Positions 59,991-64,000 of a DNA stretch of 64,000 nt are shown piece by piece (position 1 is the first letter of the stretch; the number at the start of each line of letters is the position of its first letter). The notes under the pieces are model-generated. The model saw nothing but the letters and a program-made list of their open reading frames with translations. It was not told where the DNA came from and did no database searches. The position numbers were made by a program, and so were the translations under genes. The stretch comes from an uncultured Flavobacteriales bacterium (GTDB taxonomy: Bacteria; Bacteroidota; Bacteroidia; Flavobacteriales; Flavobacteriaceae): contig CAJXYJ010000002.1 of NCBI GenBank assembly GCA_913063255.1, forward strand, positions 7,069-71,068, given 5' to 3'.

Positions 59991-61490
59991 ATGAAAATCA
60001 ATAACCAGATACTTTATAGCCTTGTATTACTTCTAGTTTTAGGATTAAATTCCTGTAGTAGTGATAGTGACTCTAATGAAGATCAAGAAATCGTAATAAC
60101 AGTAAGCACCTCAGATTTTACAACAAATATCAATGAAAACCCAGCAAATGGACAAGTAATTGGATCTGTAGAAGGAACGGCCACTCAAGTTAATGTTACT
60201 TTTTCTATTACCGAACAAGAACCCAGTGGTGCTTTTGTTATTGATAGTAGTACTGGTGAATTAACCGTGGCTGATGAATCCTTGTTTAATTATGAAGCAC
60301 ATATAATAATAACAGGTATAGTTAAAGTAGCGAATGGTTCTGTATTCGAGAATTCAATTATCACGATTAATATCAATGATATTGAAGAAATAAATATTTG
60401 TGAAGGAGATGTAATATTATTAACTCAAGAAGATGTAGATGCTTTTGGAGCAAACAATTGTACCGAAATTACTGGGTTTTTGTTAATTGGAGAATACGGG
60501 GTTACCAATACCTCTATAGTTGACCTTAGTCCTTTATCTTCATTACAAAAAATAGGAAGCTTTTTGCGAATTAGAAGTATTCAAGGCTTAACTAACTTAC
60601 AGGGGCTTCATAATTTAAATTCTGTAGCAACCATTGAATTATATGGTAATTCTAATTTAACCACCATAGAAGTTTTTAGTGGAATTTCGGAAATTAGTAC
60701 TTTTGAAATCTCATTAAGTTCCTCACTAACAAGTCTTTCTGGTTTGCATAATCTTACTGGCACTATTAATAGCTTTTCGTTAACTGCTAATGAATCCTTA
60801 ATTAATCTCGATGCACTTTCAAATATTTCATCAGTAGTATCTATTTCAATACAGGGTAATTCATCCTTACAAAATATAGACGGTTTAATTAATGTATCTA
60901 GTGTTAATTATTTATCACTTAAAAATAATAGCAGTATTATTAATATTAATGGTTTATCTAATTTAACTGAGGCGTCTTTTATAGAAATAGATAATATTAA
61001 TTTAATCGAAAATATTGATGGTCTTAATAACCTAGTTACTATACGTGAATTAAAAATAAATAATAACCAAAATCTAACAAATATAGAGGGCTTATCTGGG
61101 ATAAATTCTATAATAGAATATGACGTTTCAATTAGCAATAATAACTCCCTTATCAACCTTAATGGTTTAAATAATATTACAGAAATAATGCTTTATTTGA
61201 GAGTTATAGGTAATGATTCACTTACAGATTTAAGCGCGTTAAGTAATTTGAATACTATTGGAGGGGATTTAATGATTCATGATAATAATCTTATTTTAAA
61301 TCTAGAAGGATTAAATAATATTAACTCGGTTGGGGGATTTTTAATAGTAGAGGCTAATGATTTGTTAAACAATTTATGTGGTATAGAAAACTTAATAATT
61401 GAAGGAGGATTAAGCGGAGATTATACTGTAGAAGACAATGCATATAATCCAACTTATCAAGATATCGAAGATGGGAATTGTAGCCAATAA
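59991..61490 (+). CDS. Cadherin-like + LRR lipoprotein (member 6)
   Basis: Same architecture. Confidence 0.85.
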   Translation: MKINNQILYSLVLLLVLGLNSCSSDSDSNEDQEIVITVSTSDFTTNINENPANGQVIGSVEGTATQVNVTFSITEQEPSGAFVIDSSTGELTVADESLFNYEAHIIITGIVKVANGSVFENSIITININDIEEINICEGDVILLTQEDVDAFGANNCTEITGFLLIGEYGVTNTSIVDLSPLSSLQKIGSFLRIRSIQGLTNLQGLHNLNSVATIELYGNSNLTTIEVFSGISEISTFEISLSSSLTSLSGLHNLTGTINSFSLTANESLINLDALSNISSVVSISIQGNSSLQNIDGLINVSSVNYLSLKNNSSIININGLSNLTEASFIEIDNINLIENIDGLNNLVTIRELKINNNQNLTNIEGLSGINSIIEYDVSISNNNSLINLNGLNNITEIMLYLRVIGNDSLTDLSALSNLNTIGGDLMIHDNNLILNLEGLNNINSVGGFLIVEANDLLNNLCGIENLIIEGGLSGDYTVEDNAYNPTYQDIEDGNCSQ

Positions 61491-61527
61491 AAAAAGCTAC
61501 TAAATATTTAGTAGCTTTTTTTATTGG
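61484..61527. terminator. Bidirectional terminator
   Basis: Palindrome CCAATAAAAAAAGCTACTAAAT/ATTTAGTAGCTTTTTTTATTGG between convergent genes. Confidence 0.85.
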
Positions 61528-61546
61528 TTTGAGAATTTAAATTTTA

Positions 61547-62056
61547 TCACTGAGCGATAACTTGACCTCTAAAGGAAAACAATATATATAGAACATCTTT
61601 TTTTGATTCTTCGTCTATATTATGTTTGTCCAATACCATCATGATATCAGAAATTGCTTCCACAAATTCAATCCCACTAATATCTAGTCCCTTGTGTGCA
61701 GTAGGCATATCTCTACCACTATAGGCTACACTGCCGCCTGTTCCAGCTCCAAAAAAATCTTTTACATGTTGTTTAAAAACACTCATTTGTTCTGGGTTAT
61801 TTTCCAAATGAGCAAAACGATCTTTAACAATAGGGTTTGCTAAATGAGCAGCAACAATATCTTCCACTATTGCAGAAATTCCATCTTCTCCTCCTAAACG
61901 ACTATTTAGGCTTTCTTCTTTTATAGGTTCACTTTTTACTTCGGTTTCTAAAGAAACTTCTGGAACCTTTTCTGCAGTTTCTTTTTTAGCTTCATCACAA
62001 CTAATAATTGCAATGGATACTATAAATAATAGGATCAAAAATTTTGTTGATTTCAT
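61547..62056 (-). CDS. Group 1 truncated haemoglobin with lipoprotein signal
   Basis: RLGGEDGI.A.V, F..GTGG...YSGRDM..AH.GL.I; N-terminal AIISC lipobox. Confidence 0.85.
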   Translation of the reverse strand: MKSTKFLILLFIVSIAIISCDEAKKETAEKVPEVSLETEVKSEPIKEESLNSRLGGEDGISAIVEDIVAAHLANPIVKDRFAHLENNPEQMSVFKQHVKDFFGAGTGGSVAYSGRDMPTAHKGLDISGIEFVEAISDIMMVLDKHNIDEESKKDVLYILFSFRGQVIAQ

Positions 62057-62412
62057 ATGAATTAGTTTTAGTTAAACATTTATTAGTTAACCAAATATAA
62101 GATATTTTGTGCTTACAAAGCGGCTTTTGCAAATTTAACTATTTTGTAATCAGGTTCATATGTTTTTTAATAGAGTTGCTCCTAAATATTAAAATTTTCT
62201 TTACGACAAAAAGAGCCTTTATGAAGGATGTGTTTTTCTGAAATAATTATAAAGTATTAAAGCTATATAGAAATGGTAGGATGTTAATTTGTTGTAACTT
62301 TACACCCTCTAATCCTCATTCATAAATTTTATAGAAAATGATTGAGAATTGAAATATAATAGCCAAAAAACGTAAATAAAATCTAATAAATTACGTTAAA
62401 TCTATTCTTACT

Positions 62413-62739
62413 ATGACACAATCCGAATATTTAGAAAAACACGTATTTACAGATTTAAAAAATTTGAATGATGGATTCGAAGACGCATCCACTTATTTTT
62501 TTTCTGAAACAGAATTCGAAACCGTGCTTCAACGAACGGAGCATTTAGGAATTGGCTTGTATAAAATTAACCCTTATTTTGAAGGTAAAGAATACCAAGG
62601 GACTACTCATGAAGATCATAAAAAGAAAGCAACAGATCCTAGATGGTATAAAAAAGCTTTTTTAACCCTAAAGATGGGTCAAGAAGGGCTTATCTATTCT
62701 GCAACCTATAAAGTTTCAAAAAGACTATTAGCACGATAA
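62413..62739 (+). CDS. Hypothetical protein
   Basis: 108-aa ORF with ordinary composition. Confidence 0.7.
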   Translation: MTQSEYLEKHVFTDLKNLNDGFEDASTYFFSETEFETVLQRTEHLGIGLYKINPYFEGKEYQGTTHEDHKKKATDPRWYKKAFLTLKMGQEGLIYSATYKVSKRLLAR

Positions 62740-62756
62740 CTTTTAAGTTAAGAGTA

Positions 62757-63113
62757 TTATTCTAGTTTTTTATTAGATCGAACAATTATAATAAATTTTA
62801 TAATAAAAATTACTTTAAGAGTTAAGCCAAAAACAATCAAATAGATTGGCTCTATAAAATTTTGATTGATATTTTTAAGATATAAGCCCGTAAAAAAAAG
62901 TATTAATCCAGCAACTAAAAAAAGAAGTTCTTTTCCTGGTTGATATTCGCCACTTTTAAATTTAGCAATAATATAGATAGCCTTTAAAGTAACACCAGTT
63001 ATTATTAAAATTAATCCAAGTATTTCCAAAAGGATTAATTTTTTTAGTAGTATTCCAGCGACTAATAGAATAATTCCAAGAAGTAATATTTTTTTTGTTT
63101 TAAATGTCTTCAT
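62757..63113 (-). CDS. Small four-TM membrane protein
   Basis: Four hydrophobic segments. Confidence 0.7.
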   Translation of the reverse strand: MKTFKTKKILLLGIILLVAGILLKKLILLEILGLILIITGVTLKAIYIIAKFKSGEYQPGKELLFLVAGLILFFTGLYLKNINQNFIEPIYLIVFGLTLKVIFIIKFIIIVRSNKKLE

Positions 63114-63201
63114 TTAATAACAAAATTAAGTTATTTAAGAGTGTGGAGTGCCATAATTAGGAATAGATTTATGTATTTAATCTGTGATTAGTTTTTCAAT
63201 A

Positions 63202-63264
63202 TGCGTTGCACTGAACTTGCCTGCACTGAGCTTGTCGAAATGTCGAAGTGGAAAGCCTTTTTTG
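63202..63264 (+). repeat. Nested REP-like element
   Basis: GCGTTGCACTGAACTTGCCTGCACTGAGCTTGTCGAAATGTCGAAGTGG, same family as 39310, 44929 and 46041. Confidence 0.8.
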
Positions 63265-63368
63265 ATAATTCCTTAATTCTTGTTCCCATAACAAACTTAA
63301 GGTTTTATTGTAACCATTTTTTCGATCTACCGTCTTATTCTAAAGGAGTAACGAATAAAAATTTTAAT

Positions 63369-63674
63369 ATGAAGAAAATAATAATCGTATTGGTTTTGGG
63401 GATTCTAATATTTCTAATGGGAAATACACATCACATATTGCCGGCTACAATGGATGATTGTCAAACAGATAGGACACATATTGGACATTTAAATGAATTG
63501 GGAATGTATCATTGTATTGGGCATACAGAATATGAAGTAAATCCAGGAAAAAGGGGTTTGCTCCACATTAAAAAATGGGGTCATATACATCCTTGGATGA
63601 CTTTAGAATGGCATCTAGAAAAAGGCTTTAGCAAGGAACATGCACTCGAATTAATATCCCTTTCTAAGCAGTAG
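63369..63674 (+). CDS. Small His-rich exported hypothetical protein
   Basis: MKKIIIVLVLG signal-like start at 63369; the longer track ORF begins inside the repeat. Confidence 0.55.
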   Translation: MKKIIIVLVLGILIFLMGNTHHILPATMDDCQTDRTHIGHLNELGMYHCIGHTEYEVNPGKRGLLHIKKWGHIHPWMTLEWHLEKGFSKEHALELISLSKQ

Positions 63675-63788
63675 TTTGTTTATAAAGTAGTTAATGGTTT
63701 ATGAATTTCTGTTCTTTTTCTGAAATTTAGCTTTTTTATATACTAATAATTCAAGTATCTTTAATTTTTGGATTAGTATAATTTATAT

Positions 63789-64000
63789 ATGAAATATTTC
63801 TTTCTTTTTATTTTGTTCTTATATGGCTTAAACTCTTTTGGTCAAGAAGATACTCGACAGCTTATATTAAATGGAATAGACGCTATGTATGAAATGGACT
63901 ATGAAACATCTTTAGAATTACTTACAAAAGCAAAAACACAGGCTGAAGTAAACAATAATGCAGAAAATTTATTTTTAGCTATTAATAATATTGGTGCCAA
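63789..64000 (+). CDS. Probable TPR-containing protein, runs off the window
   Basis: MKYFFLFILFLYGLNSFGQ...YETSLELLTKA...LFLAINNIGA, open to the window end. Confidence 0.6.
   Translation, partial: MKYFFLFILFLYGLNSFGQEDTRQLILNGIDAMYEMDYETSLELLTKAKTQAEVNNNAENLFLAINNIGA

Noticed and set aside
51690-61490. Diversity-generating retroelement or shufflon driving the lipoprotein array
   Set aside because: No reverse transcriptase or adenine-specific TR/VR pair seen, all genes are in one orientation, and there is no adjacent invertase.
63201-63368. N-terminal extension MRCTELACTELVEMSK of the last full ORF
   Set aside because: It is the translation of the nested REP-like repeat; the likely start is 63369.

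Overview
AT-rich Bacteroidota DNA, most likely Flavobacteriaceae (T9SS C-terminal domains, TTTG-N19-TAnnTTTG promoters). Bases 1-5732 are core genome: dnaE (5' end outside the window), trxA, a DUF58 gene and tRNA-Asp(GTC). Most of the rest is an accessory region anchored at that tRNA. It begins with a ~24 kb integrative element (tyrosine integrase, RadC-like, XRE, Sak4-like ATPase, SF2 helicase) bounded by a perfect 43-bp repeat (5709-5751 / 29658-29700). Further cargo blocks follow, separated by more copies of the tRNA 3' end and of a covarying multi-hairpin motif. Main observations: (1) cargo genes are repeatedly bracketed by diverged direct repeats of neighbouring backbone sequence, suggesting stepwise gene accretion; (2) a small array of integron-like cassettes with complementary GTT/AAC ends and no recognisable IntI, one encoding a proteasome-beta-like Ntn protein; (3) two copies of a 2Fe-2S-cyclase-globin fusion with non-canonical base-specificity residues; (4) a sulfur-relay gene cluster whose three promoters share an exactly spaced tandem operator; (5) six tandem cadherin-LRR lipoprotein paralogues with conserved ends and variable cores. 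All calls were made by eye; no searches were run.
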